Part shown: piece after piece, positions 16,471-25,877 of the stretch
Numbering within the stretch: the first letter of the stretch is position 1
Layout: every line of letters starts with the position of its first letter
Origin: Pseudomonadota bacterium
GTDB lineage: Archaea; Thermoplasmatota; SW-10-69-26; JACQPN01; JAJPHT01
NCBI GenBank assembly: GCA_021325135.1
Contig: JAJPHT010000015.1
Coordinates: forward strand, 64,001 to 128,000
DNA length: 64,000 nt
Direction of reading: 5' to 3'
The notes under the pieces: generated by a model
Seen by the model: the letters and a program-made list of their open reading frames with translations, nothing else
Told to the model about the DNA's origin: nothing
Databases searched by the model: none
Made by a program: the position numbers and the translations under genes

Positions 16471-18663
16471 TCACCGGGAGCGCCAGAAGCGCCGCACCTC
16501 GCCCACGGGGTCGTCCGTCGGCCGGGGGTTGAAGTCCGCCGGGTAGGAGGAACGATAGCTCCCCCACCCGAAGCGCTTGTCCATGAGGACGATGACGCCG
16601 CGGTCGGTGGGTCCGCGGATGCAGCGTCCCGCCGCCTGGAGCACGCGGTGGAACGTGGGGTGGACGTAGGCGTAGGGGCGCCCGAGGCCGGGGCCGAACT
16701 TCTTCTCGTAGTACGCGATGAGCGCCTCCACCTCCAGCGAGGGCTGCGCGAAGGGGAGGCCCACGATGACGACGCCCTTGAGGAGGTTGTCCTCGTAGTC
16801 GTACCCCTCGGAGAGGCTGCCCCCCTGGACGCCGAGAAGAAGCGCGTTGGTCACGCCGCGCCGGAGGCGGTTGACCAGGGCCTCCTTCTCGGCCTTGTCC
16901 GCGCCGCGCTCCTCGGCCACGACCTCCTTGCCCGTGTCCAACGCGGCCTCCACGTGCGGGCGCACCTGCTCCAGGATGGAATAGCTGGGGAAGAACGCCG
17001 CGACGTTGCCTGGCGTGGCCTCGGCGATCTCCGCGAGGCGCGCGCCGACGTCGCGCCACATCTGCGGGCTGCGGTCCTTGTACCCCGTGGTCACGCTGCT
17101 GTCCACGAGCACGAGGCGGTTCTCCCGGGGGAAGGGGCTCGCGTATTCGCGGCACGTGCTCCGCTCCGGCGCCAGGCCCAGCACGTCGCGCGTCATCTCC
17201 ATGGGGTGGAGCGTGCCGCTCATGACGACGCTGGCGTGCACCGCGTCGAAGACGGGCTTCGCCAGCACGGCGGGGTCCAGGATCTTGTACGCCAGCGACG
17301 GCGTGGGCTCCTTCTGGAGGATGCGCGCGAGGCCGCGGCGCTCGTTCCTCCAGTTGGCCAGGAACTCGTGGAGGGCCGCCAGGCCGCGCGAGTCGTCCTT
17401 GAAGCGCTGCTCGTAGGCGCCGATGGCCTCGGCCAGGTCGTCCACGAGCCCGTCGTAGTCCTTCACCGTGAGCGTGCTGCGCTTCTTGCCGAACGCCTCG
17501 TTCACCGCGTCGGCGAACTCCTCGCGCGGGACGTAGCGCTCGCTTCTCTGGATGCGCTCCTCGGGGTCGGAGGGCGGCTCCACGTCCGCCAGCGAGGCCA
17601 GCACGAGGCGAAGGATCTCGACGTGCTTGCCCAGCGCGACGTCGTCCAGGTCGTTGCACTCGTCCAGCGCGTCGTCCAAGACGTAGTCGTTCAGCTCCAG
17701 CGTGAGGTGGTCGCGGATGCGGTCGGGGAGGTTGTGCGCCTCGTCCACCACCAGCAGCACGTCGGCGAGGTCCACCTTGAGGCGCTCCTGCATCTGCGCG
17801 CGCAGGTCGCTGAAGAAGTAGTTGTAGTCGCACACGACGACGTGCGCCTGCGCCGCGAGGTCCAGCGCCGCCTGGTGGGGGCAGGTGGTCTCCTCGGTGC
17901 AGACGATGGTCAGCTCCTCGACGTGGTGGGGGCGCTGCTTGAGCAGGCGCAGCGCGCCCGTGTTCGCGGTCTCCCAGTACTGGCAGCTCTTGGTGACCTG
18001 CTCGCGGCGGCAGAACTCGGCGAAGCGCTTGGGGAACATGTCGCGCGCCTCGGGGCGGGGGCACATGTCCTGCTTGCCGATGACGTCCGCGACGACGAAG
18101 GGCACGCCCGCCTTCTGGCGGATGGCCTTCAGCGTGTCCACCGCGATCTTGTGCTGGCTCTGCTTGCTGGTGAGGAAGAAGACGCGCTTCTGGCTCTCCA
18201 GCGCGAGCTTCACCATGGGCGCCAGCGTGGAGACGGTCTTGCCCAGGCCCGTGGGCGCGTGCGCGAGGAGGTGGCGCCCCTCCTTCACGGCGGTGGCCAC
18301 GTCGGCGAGGAACTGGCGCTGCCCCTCGCGCACCTCGCCGAAGGGGAAGAGGTCCGTGCCTGGGGCCACCTCCAGCTTCGCCGGGGGAGGGACGTCGCGC
18401 GCGCGGCGCGGCTCGTCGGCGGCGACGCGGGGCTTCGCGCTGGCATGGACCTGCGGGCGGGCCTGAGCGGCGACGCGCGCGGCCTCGGCGCTGCGGTCCG
18501 GCCCCCCGCCCTTCTTGGTGAACCAGGCCAGGGGCTGGCTGTCGCTGCCCTTGCCGTCGCACGTGGCGCAGTAGGCCACCGGCTTGCCGCGGACGATGCG
18601 GCGCTGCATGAGGCCGCGGCACCTGGGGCAGAACACCGCGTGTCCAGGCGAGGCTTCGGCCAT
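16471..18663 (-). CDS. xpd: XPD/Rad3/DinG Fe-S helicase with N-terminal zinc ribbon
   Basis: APTGLGKT, four Fe-S Cys, DEAHNL, SGTL, FFPSY, QAAGRCIR. Confidence 0.92.
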   Translation of the reverse strand: MAEASPGHAVFCPRCRGLMQRRIVRGKPVAYCATCDGKGSDSQPLAWFTKKGGGPDRSAEAARVAAQARPQVHASAKPRVAADEPRRARDVPPPAKLEVAPGTDLFPFGEVREGQRQFLADVATAVKEGRHLLAHAPTGLGKTVSTLAPMVKLALESQKRVFFLTSKQSQHKIAVDTLKAIRQKAGVPFVVADVIGKQDMCPRPEARDMFPKRFAEFCRREQVTKSCQYWETANTGALRLLKQRPHHVEELTIVCTEETTCPHQAALDLAAQAHVVVCDYNYFFSDLRAQMQERLKVDLADVLLVVDEAHNLPDRIRDHLTLELNDYVLDDALDECNDLDDVALGKHVEILRLVLASLADVEPPSDPEERIQRSERYVPREEFADAVNEAFGKKRSTLTVKDYDGLVDDLAEAIGAYEQRFKDDSRGLAALHEFLANWRNERRGLARILQKEPTPSLAYKILDPAVLAKPVFDAVHASVVMSGTLHPMEMTRDVLGLAPERSTCREYASPFPRENRLVLVDSSVTTGYKDRSPQMWRDVGARLAEIAEATPGNVAAFFPSYSILEQVRPHVEAALDTGKEVVAEERGADKAEKEALVNRLRRGVTNALLLGVQGGSLSEGYDYEDNLLKGVVIVGLPFAQPSLEVEALIAYYEKKFGPGLGRPYAYVHPTFHRVLQAAGRCIRGPTDRGVIVLMDKRFGWGSYRSSYPADFNPRPTDDPVGEVRRFWRSR

Positions 18664-18697
18664 AAAGCCTCTCCGGGAGTCGCCGAACGTTGTCCCC

Positions 18698-20332
18698 TCA
18701 GGTGATGAACGGCAGGCGCTCCGGCTGCATCGCCACGCGGAAGACCTGCACGTCGCCGTCGTCGTAGACGAGGTGCAGGTCGCGGGAGGCGCCGAACTTG
18801 GCGTAGGCCTCCTGGCCGATGGGCAGCCGCGCGGGGCCGAACTCCTCGAACCCCTGCGTCGCGACCGCGTGCCGCAGCACGAACTCGTCGAAGCTCGGCA
18901 GGTAGGGCGCCAGCGACGCCACGTCGTGGGAGTACCAGAACCGCTCCAGCAGCGTCTCGCTGGGGGGGAAGGCGACGACGTTCACGAAGTCGTCCTCGCG
19001 CAGCAGCACGCTGGAGGCCTCCAGGGACGAGTAGACGAGGTCGCCGTGGTCGACGTGCGCCGCCATCCAGCCGTAGGCCGGGGCCTCGCCGGGAGCGTAG
19101 CTTGGCGTGGCGCCCGCGACGAGCCCCGCGCTGCCCAGGCCCAGGAGGGCGACGGCGGCCAGGGCGCCCACGCGCACGGAGCGCTTCTCCCAGAAGGGCG
19201 CCAGCGTCCACGCGGCCACGATGGCGGCCGCGGGCGCGAGGTAGATGACGCTGCGGTTGAGGAAGCTGATGCCCACCGCGCCCTCCAGGAGGAGGCTGAA
19301 GAGGAGCCCGCCCAGCGCCCACGCCGCGAAGACGACGCGATGCGGGCCAAGCCGCTGGCTCCGCATGCGCGACGCGGCCGCCTGGACGCCCATCCAGCCC
19401 AGCGGCACGAAGAGGAGGATCACCTGCGCGTAGAGGAGCGCGCTGCGCCACGGCTCGCGGTTGAGGTGGCTGCGGTAGTCGCTCCCCGCGTCGGGGCCCA
19501 TCCAGAGGGAGCCCAGGGTCTGCCGCGCCAGCTCCAGGTGGCTCGTGAGCGCGCCGTTGACCAGGAGCGACACCGCCAGGAGGAGGGGGAGCAGCAGGCA
19601 GACCCAGAGGGGGATGAGGCTGTGGCGCTCGCGCCGCAGGAGGAGGTGCCCCAGGGCGAAGGCCAGGAAGAGGAGCATCACGAAGTACGCGACGGTGTAG
19701 TACCAGAAGGGGAGCAGGAGCAGCGGCGTGAGGCTGAAGGCCAGCGCCGCGCGGTCCTTGAGGAGCGCGCGCCGCAGCAGCCCGTGGAGCAGGAGCGCGA
19801 GGAGGACGACGGTCGTGCTGGGCATGAGGACGCGCATGTCCAGGAGGAACGGCGCGGAGCCGCACGCGATGGCGAAGAGGGCGATCCCTCCGGCCCGCGC
19901 GTCGCCCCTGCGGCGCGCAAGGAGGAGCCCCGCGGTCGCGCCCACGAGGAGCACGACGACGACGCCCGCGACGGGCAGGCGCGACGCGGCCTCGGGCGAG
20001 AGGCCGGTGAGCACCGAGAGCGTCGCGAGGAGCGAGGGCTGGAGGGGCAGGCCGTTCCAGAAGTGCCAGACGGTCGTCGCGTAGAACGTGAGCCGCGGGA
20101 AGCCCAGCGACTTCTGGAACGCGGAGTTGGTCTGGGAGAGGGAGTTCTGGGTGGCGACGCGCTCGTTGATGGGGAGGTGGCCCGACTCCACCGCGCGCTC
20201 CGCGAGGATCACGTGGGAGAAGGCCCACTCGTTGGGCGCGTAGGGCTCGCCGCGCGTGCCGAGGCCGGCCAGCGCGACGAAGAGGAGGCACGCGCTCGCG
20301 ACGAGCACGGCGACGCGGAGGTTCTCACGCAT
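18698..20332 (-). CDS. Polytopic membrane protein, GT-C glycosyltransferase-like
   Basis: About 11 TM, extracytoplasmic loop and C-terminal LVYDDGDVQVF domain. Confidence 0.55.
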   Translation of the reverse strand: MRENLRVAVLVASACLLFVALAGLGTRGEPYAPNEWAFSHVILAERAVESGHLPINERVATQNSLSQTNSAFQKSLGFPRLTFYATTVWHFWNGLPLQPSLLATLSVLTGLSPEAASRLPVAGVVVVLLVGATAGLLLARRRGDARAGGIALFAIACGSAPFLLDMRVLMPSTTVVLLALLLHGLLRRALLKDRAALAFSLTPLLLLPFWYYTVAYFVMLLFLAFALGHLLLRRERHSLIPLWVCLLLPLLLAVSLLVNGALTSHLELARQTLGSLWMGPDAGSDYRSHLNREPWRSALLYAQVILLFVPLGWMGVQAAASRMRSQRLGPHRVVFAAWALGGLLFSLLLEGAVGISFLNRSVIYLAPAAAIVAAWTLAPFWEKRSVRVGALAAVALLGLGSAGLVAGATPSYAPGEAPAYGWMAAHVDHGDLVYSSLEASSVLLREDDFVNVVAFPPSETLLERFWYSHDVASLAPYLPSFDEFVLRHAVATQGFEEFGPARLPIGQEAYAKFGASRDLHLVYDDGDVQVFRVAMQPERLPFIT

Positions 20333-21098
20333 GGACGGAACCCCGCACGTGGAGCCAGAGGTGGACCTCGCGTCCTTGCCACGTCACGACGATCTCGTGG
20401 TCGCCCTCCGAGAGGGGCGGCAGGGGGAGCGGGAACGCCAGGGAGCGGCCGGCGGCGAGCGGCGCCTCCTCGTGCATGAGGGGCGTCGAGGTGCCGTTGG
20501 GCGCGACGAGCTGCGCGTCCACGGGGCCGCTGCGCGCCGCGCCGCCCGCGGAGAGGTCGACCTGGAAGGTGGGCGCGTCCCCGGGCGCCAGCACGGTGGG
20601 GAGCCCGCTGACGTTGCCCGACTCGTCGGCGATGGCCAGCGCGGCGGGCGCCTCCGGCGGGCGCGCGTCCCACGCGAAGAGGGCGCCGCTCACCACCAGC
20701 GCTACGCCCGCGATGGCGAAGGTCGCGGGCGTCGAGGGCGCGCGCAGCCCGGGCGCGTCGCGCGTGGCGGGGGGCGTCCAGGCGAAGGCCGCCGCCGTGA
20801 GCGCGCCCACCTCGACGGCGATGGCCAGCGCGACGTGCAGGGCGGTGAGGCTCCATGCCAGCGAGACGACGAGGCCCAGGACGGGCGCGAGGGCGAGGCC
20901 CAGCGCGCACGAGAGGGCGAAGCGCTCCTGGGGCGCCAGCGCGCGGCCGCGGTAGGCGAGGGAGAGGAGCGCGTCGCCGGGCGCCCAGAGGAGGGCGGCC
21001 AGCGCCAGGGGAAGCTGGAGGCGCGTCTGCGGCGCCGCCGCGACGAGGGCGGCAAGCGACAGCGAGACGGCTAGCGGCAACAGCACGCGAACCCGCAT
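20325..21098 (-). CDS. DUF1616-like membrane protein
   Basis: LWAPG..L....Y, ERFALS.ALGLAL.P, C-terminal REVHLWLHV. Confidence 0.7.
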   Translation of the reverse strand: MRVRVLLPLAVSLSLAALVAAAPQTRLQLPLALAALLWAPGDALLSLAYRGRALAPQERFALSCALGLALAPVLGLVVSLAWSLTALHVALAIAVEVGALTAAAFAWTPPATRDAPGLRAPSTPATFAIAGVALVVSGALFAWDARPPEAPAALAIADESGNVSGLPTVLAPGDAPTFQVDLSAGGAARSGPVDAQLVAPNGTSTPLMHEEAPLAAGRSLAFPLPLPPLSEGDHEIVVTWQGREVHLWLHVRGSVHA

Positions 21099-21147
21099 CG
21101 TTCGGCGGCGGGGATGAGCAGGGACGGCCTTTCTGGCGCAAGGGCCG

Positions 21148-21480
21148 TCATCGGGAGACGTACAGGTCCAGGGGGGCCTCGCCCACGAGCCGGCCCGTGG
21201 CCGCCTGGCGCAGGACGAGCCTTCCGCGGTACGTGTGCGCGTCCTTGCCCGGCGGGAGCTCCGCGCGCCACGCGAAGCCCAGCGCCTTGCGCGACTTGCC
21301 GGGCACCGTCGCGCTGGGCGGCTCGAAGGCGATGACGCCCTCCTTGAGGTCCTCCGCGAAGAGGGCCACCGCCTCCTCGCCCGCCGAGGAGTTCTCCACC
21401 TTCGCGTCGACGCGCACCTCCTGGCCCACGGTGGCGGAGCGGGACGCGAGCGCGGGGCCGGACGTGGCGCGGAGGGCCAT
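21148..21480 (-). CDS. Small Ig-like hypothetical protein
   Basis: Beta-strand pattern, GC3 bias. Confidence 0.65.
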   Translation of the reverse strand: MALRATSGPALASRSATVGQEVRVDAKVENSSAGEEAVALFAEDLKEGVIAFEPPSATVPGKSRKALGFAWRAELPPGKDAHTYRGRLVLRQAATGRLVGEAPLDLYVSR

Positions 21481-21495
21481 GGGCGCGGGGACGCC

Positions 21496-21921
21496 TCAGG
21501 CCCGCTTCAGCCTGCCGAGCGTCGGCTCGCAGAGGGCGCCGCCATCCAGCAGGGCGTCCAGCGCCAGCTCCACGTCGCGCTCGGGCACGCCCTCCAGCGC
21601 GGCCGCGATGACGATCTCCTCGTAGGCGGCCCCCGCGCCCCCGTCCAGGCGCTCCACGAGGGCCGCCACCTCCGCCTCCAGCGGCGTCCACGCGCGCTCC
21701 GGCGGCCGCTGCGGGTAACCCAGGGTCTCCGAGAGCGTCGCCTCCATGTGGGCCAGCAGCGCGCGGCGCTGGGCGTCCTCCGGGCTGCCGGGCGCCGCGG
21801 CGTGCCGGCGCAGATAATAGTAGGCGCTCTCCACGAGGTCCACGAGGCGCTCCGCCATGGGGTCGCGCGCCGGCGGGATGGTGTTAGTTTCGTCGCTCAG
21901 ATCGAGGCGGATGTCGCCCAT
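21496..21921 (-). CDS. Small protein with C-terminal MCM/RPA-type winged helix
   Basis: YEEIV....GVPERDVELALDALLDGGALCEPTLGRLK. Confidence 0.6.
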   Translation of the reverse strand: MGDIRLDLSDETNTIPPARDPMAERLVDLVESAYYYLRRHAAAPGSPEDAQRRALLAHMEATLSETLGYPQRPPERAWTPLEAEVAALVERLDGGAGAAYEEIVIAAALEGVPERDVELALDALLDGGALCEPTLGRLKRA

Positions 21922-21976
21922 GGGCCGCCGGGAACCCGGCCTGCTGTGTGGGCGTGTGGGGGAGGGCGCGTCGAAA

Positions 21977-22531
21977 TTACCTCCCGCGCAGGTGCGCCAC
22001 GAGCCCCGCAAGGGCCTGGCCGCGGTGCGAGACGCGGTTCTTGACCTCGGCGGGAAGCTCCGCGAAGGTCTGGTCGAACCCCTCGGGCACGAAGATGGGA
22101 TCGAAGCCGAAGCCGTGCCCCTGGCTGCGCGGCGCGTGGAGGAGCCGCCCCTCGCAGCGGCCGGGGAAGAGGCGCGTCTGCGCGCCGTCGTGGTAGCCGA
22201 CGACCGCGGCGAAGTGCGCGCGCCGCTCCTCCACGCCCTCCATGAGCTTGAGGATCCCGGGGACGCCGATGGTCTGGAGCGCGTGCGCGCTGAAGACGCC
22301 GGGGAACCCCTTGAGGTGATGCACGAAGAGGCCGCCGTCGTCCACGATGAACGGCGCGGGGAGGCGGCCCACCAGGACCTCGCACTTCGCGCGGGCGATC
22401 TCCTCCAGCGTGTCGGCCTGGATCTCCACGGGCTTCAGGTCGGAGCCCACCACCTCGATGCCCAGGGGCGAGAGCGCGGTCGTCGCCTCGTGGAGCTTGC
22501 CCTTGTTGGACGTGACGAAGGTGAGGCGCAC
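21977..22531 (-). CDS. rdgB: RdgB/HAM1 non-canonical purine NTP pyrophosphatase
   Basis: FVTSNKGK, DDGGL, GFPG, GFGFDPIF, KNRVSHRG. Confidence 0.95.
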   Translation of the reverse strand: MRLTFVTSNKGKLHEATTALSPLGIEVVGSDLKPVEIQADTLEEIARAKCEVLVGRLPAPFIVDDGGLFVHHLKGFPGVFSAHALQTIGVPGILKLMEGVEERRAHFAAVVGYHDGAQTRLFPGRCEGRLLHAPRSQGHGFGFDPIFVPEGFDQTFAELPAEVKNRVSHRGQALAGLVAHLRGR

Positions 22532-22581
22532 GGCGGCGGAGCCGGCCGAGGCGGGATAGCCCTTTGCTCGCCGCGCCTCCG

Positions 22582-22744
22582 CTGGGGGCTGCCGCCCCCA
22601 GACCCCCGCGAAACCCGAATCTCCGAATCACCGAGGAAACAACCTGCGGGTGTGTATCGCGGCGCTGATTCGGAGATTCTGAGATTCGGGTTTTGTGGGG
22701 GTTTGGGGGACGGAGTCCCCCAGGAGAAATGCAAAGAAGAAAAG
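22582..22744. repeat. REP/MITE-like palindromic element family A, copy 1
   Basis: Near-identical to reverse complement of 54520..54675; terminal G5/C5 mini-hairpins plus long internal stem. Confidence 0.85.
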
Positions 22745-22745
22745 C

Positions 22746-23147
22746 TCACGGCCGCCGCGACGTGGGTTGCCGCCGTCGCGTGAGCCAGCGCGGGATGGGG
22801 TCCACGTCCTCGTTGAGCGCCTCGACGTGCTCCAGGAAGGCGTGGATCGCCCCAGGGGCGAGGCCCGAGCGCGGCTCGCCTTCGAGGCGCTCCAATTCCT
22901 CGCCCTTCTCGAAGTAGACCAGCGTGGGCGCGGAGGGGATGCCGTGCTCGCGGCGGCGCGGGTCGCGCGGGCCCTGCAGGTGGGCGCGCACGCAGATGGC
23001 CAACGACTCGGGGGCGGCCTCCTCGAAGTCGCGCACGGCGGCGAGGCTCCCGGGGCCCGCGCCGTGGAAGAGGACGACGACGCGCTCCGTGCGCGCGAGG
23101 AGCGAGGCGAAGTCGGGGGCGGGCCACTCGTCGAGCCGCCCGCTCAT
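22746..23147 (-). CDS. Thioredoxin-fold protein lacking CxxC
   Basis: VVVLFHGAGPGS replaces WCxxC; GIPSAPTLVYFEKGEELERLEG. Confidence 0.7.
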   Translation of the reverse strand: MSGRLDEWPAPDFASLLARTERVVVLFHGAGPGSLAAVRDFEEAAPESLAICVRAHLQGPRDPRRREHGIPSAPTLVYFEKGEELERLEGEPRSGLAPGAIHAFLEHVEALNEDVDPIPRWLTRRRQPTSRRP

Positions 23148-23998
23148 CGACGCACCGTGGGGGGCGCGGCGGTCTGGGGCGGCGGGGCGACGGCGCGCAG
23201 GCGCGCGGCGAGCGCGTCGTGGAGCCACCCTTCGGCGGCGCGGCGCGCGGCTACGAGGGGGAACGCGCGCTCGACGCCCGGCCCCAAGCGAAGCTCGCGG
23301 GCGCGGGCGAGCGCCTCGCGGGGTGTGGCGCCCGAGACGAGGGCGCGATCGAGGCGCCCGTCCTCGCGCTGGAGCGCCACGCCGCAGAGCGCGACGCCGC
23401 CGGCCTCGGCGGGCGAGACGACGGGCTCCAGGCGCAGGTCGCCGCGCAGGAGCATGGCGTCGAGACGGCGGCGCGCGGTTTTTGGCGAAAGCCCGGTGGC
23501 CTCCACGAGGTCCGCGAGGCTGCGGCGCGCGTCGCCCAGGAGGTGCGAGGCGAGCCTCGCGTCCGCGGGGGCGAAGGGCTCCTCGCCCGCGGGCGGCTCC
23601 TGCGCGCGGTGCGCGGGCGGCTTGCCCACGAGCGAGATGGCGGCGCGCTCGATGCGCTCCCAGTCCGCGTCGTCCTTGAAGAGGAGGTGGAGATGCGCGG
23701 CGTCGGGGCCCACGTCGGCGAAGCGGACCCCCGGGACCTCGGGGAGCCCGCGGAGAAGCTCCTCGTCGCGCTCCGGGGCGTCGGCGACGCCCTCGAAGAC
23801 GAGGAGGCCGGCGCGCAGGCCCAGGAGCGCGGGGCGCGGCGTGGCGACGAAGCCTTGCAGCGCGCCCTCCTCGCGCATGCGGGCGAGGCGCGCCTTCACG
23901 GCGCTCGCGGAGAGGCCGACGGCGAGGCCTGCCCGCTCGGCGGGGGCGCGGGGCTCGCGCGCGAGGAAGTCGAGAAGCTGCACGTCCCGTGCATCCAC
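23144..23998 (-). CDS. Tandem wHTH (Lrp/AsnC-type) transcriptional regulator
   Basis: MDARD..LL..L...PR...GLSASAVKARL and second DARRSLADL..ATGLSPKTARRRL. Confidence 0.8.
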   Translation of the reverse strand: MDARDVQLLDFLAREPRAPAERAGLAVGLSASAVKARLARMREEGALQGFVATPRPALLGLRAGLLVFEGVADAPERDEELLRGLPEVPGVRFADVGPDAAHLHLLFKDDADWERIERAAISLVGKPPAHRAQEPPAGEEPFAPADARLASHLLGDARRSLADLVEATGLSPKTARRRLDAMLLRGDLRLEPVVSPAEAGGVALCGVALQREDGRLDRALVSGATPREALARARELRLGPGVERAFPLVAARRAAEGWLHDALAARLRAVAPPPQTAAPPTVRR

Positions 23999-24022
23999 GC
24001 CAGGCCTAGCCCCTCTCCATTC

Positions 24023-24523
24023 CTATAAGCGTTCGGGCGGGGGGCTCTCCGGCGTCCCGCATGCGGGGAGCCTGCGCCGCTCGCCCGTCATGAGCGCCCA
24101 GACCTTGGCGTCCAGCGCGCGCAGGCCTTCGCGCACCTTCTTGGCCTCCTGGCGCTCGGTCTCCACGAGGTCGAGCCAGTCCTTGAGGCCGCGCCCCTCG
24201 GGGAGGTCGAAGCCCATGAGGTCCGAGCGGGCGCCGCCGTGGCGGGCGAACTCCTCGCGCATGGCGAAGACGACGCGGAGCGCCTCGGGCGTGAGATCGC
24301 GGGGAGGAGGCGCGCGGCCCGGCGCCAGCGTGGCGAGGTCCGGGATGGCGTCGGCGAAGGGCACCGGAAGCGCGCGCTCGGCGTGGGCGATCCACAGGTC
24401 GAGGTCCGGGTCCCGCGCGCCGTGGTCGCGCAGGCGGCGCAGCTCCAGGTAGTCGCTGAAGTCGAGGCTCGCGCGGCGGCGGAGGCGGCGCAGGCTGGCG
24501 TGGACGGCGCGGGCGTGGATGAT
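24023..24523 (-). pseudogene. Start-less reading frame resembling the C-terminus of a type IIG restriction-modification enzyme
   Basis: GC3-biased frame continues about 53 codons upstream of first GTG (24364) to the sialidase stop; ends LKDWLDLVETERQEAKKVREGLRALDAKVWAL. Confidence 0.35.
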
Positions 24524-24524
24524 A

Positions 24525-25832
24525 TCACCCGGGCGCGGGGAGGCGCTGGAAGGCCTCGACGAAGGTCGCCGTGGAGCCGCTCTTGGGCGCGGCAGGCGCG
24601 GAGAGCCCCAGGAGGATGCGCCCCTGGGAGTCGAGGCGCACCATGTTGAACTCGGGCGTGCCGCCCAGCTTGCCGTGGAAGAGCGGCTGCGCGGTGGAGG
24701 GCGCCACGGTGACGTTGGCGCCGTGGCCGCGCACGAGGGCGACGAAGGTGCTCCAGTCCGAGTCGCTGCTCATCGTGGCCTTGGGGTCCGCGCTGCCCAG
24801 CCATTGCACGACGGCGGTGCCGTTGTCCGTGGCGGCGACCCAGGGCGCGTACCCCACGCCGTGCGCGAGGGGGGTGGGCTCGCTCCACGTCTTCCCCTTG
24901 TCGCCGCTGAAGCTGTACCAGACGGGCTGGCCGTTGTCGCCGTCGCGCTGCGCGAAGACGACGTGGAGGCCGCCGGCCTTGTCCATGGCGATGCTGGGGT
25001 AGAGGTAGCTCGCGGAGTCGGGCCGGTGGGAGACGAGCTGCTGCGTCCACGAGGCGCCGCCGTCGTGGCTGATGGCGACGAACACGTCCTGCTTGGGGTC
25101 GTCGGTGGGCAGGCCCACGACGCCGCTCACGCGCTTGTTGTAGACCTGGTAGAGGTCCTTGCCGTCGGAGGAGACGACGAAGTTCCCCTCCCAGGTGTAG
25201 ATCATCTGCGGGTCCGCCGTGACGACGGACGTGGCGGGGCTGAACGTCTTGCCATAGTCCGTGCTCTTCACGAACCAGATGGCGGTGGGCGTGCCGAACT
25301 GCACGTCCTGGTAGGTGAGGTACACCGTGCCCGCGGGCCCGCCCACGAGCCAGGGCCGGTCCGCGACGGGGCTCGATCCGCCCAGCGGCGTGCCGTACCA
25401 GGTCTTCCCGCCGTCGCGCGACGCGCCCATGCTGACGCTGGCGAGGCTGATGTCGGCGGCGTAGAGCGTGCCCGCCTCGTCGATGGCCACGTCGCAGTCG
25501 CCCCCTTCGAACGTCGCCTGGCGCGGGTCCGTGGGGTCCGTCTCCACCTTGGTCTCGGTCCAGTTGGAGCCGCCGTCGTGGCTCGTGAAGAAGTACGACT
25601 CGCCGTTCTGCACGGCGGGCACGCCCGAAGGCGAGCAGAGGAAGAGGTCGTCCGGGTTCTTGGGGCTCGACGCGATGCTCGTCTCGCCTCCGCCCTTGTC
25701 GCTGACGTTCACGACGGCGCTCACGAGCGCGGGGAGCGAGGGCGCGGGCGCCACGGCGGCGGGCGCGGTGCCGGGCGTGGCGCAGCCGGCGACCCCCACG
25801 AGGAGGGCGGCCACAAGGAGCGGACGGAGCAT
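24525..25832 (-). CDS. BNR/Asp-box (sialidase-like) beta-propeller lipoprotein
   Basis: Lipobox VAGC; Asp boxes SHDGGSNW, SRDGGKTW, STDYGKTF, SHDGGASW, SGDKGKTW. Confidence 0.88.
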   Translation of the reverse strand: MLRPLLVAALLVGVAGCATPGTAPAAVAPAPSLPALVSAVVNVSDKGGGETSIASSPKNPDDLFLCSPSGVPAVQNGESYFFTSHDGGSNWTETKVETDPTDPRQATFEGGDCDVAIDEAGTLYAADISLASVSMGASRDGGKTWYGTPLGGSSPVADRPWLVGGPAGTVYLTYQDVQFGTPTAIWFVKSTDYGKTFSPATSVVTADPQMIYTWEGNFVVSSDGKDLYQVYNKRVSGVVGLPTDDPKQDVFVAISHDGGASWTQQLVSHRPDSASYLYPSIAMDKAGGLHVVFAQRDGDNGQPVWYSFSGDKGKTWSEPTPLAHGVGYAPWVAATDNGTAVVQWLGSADPKATMSSDSDWSTFVALVRGHGANVTVAPSTAQPLFHGKLGGTPEFNMVRLDSQGRILLGLSAPAAPKSGSTATFVEAFQRLPAPG

Positions 25833-25877
25833 GGGGGATGACCTCTCCATGGGGCTATGACCGTTGCTGTGGCCGGC

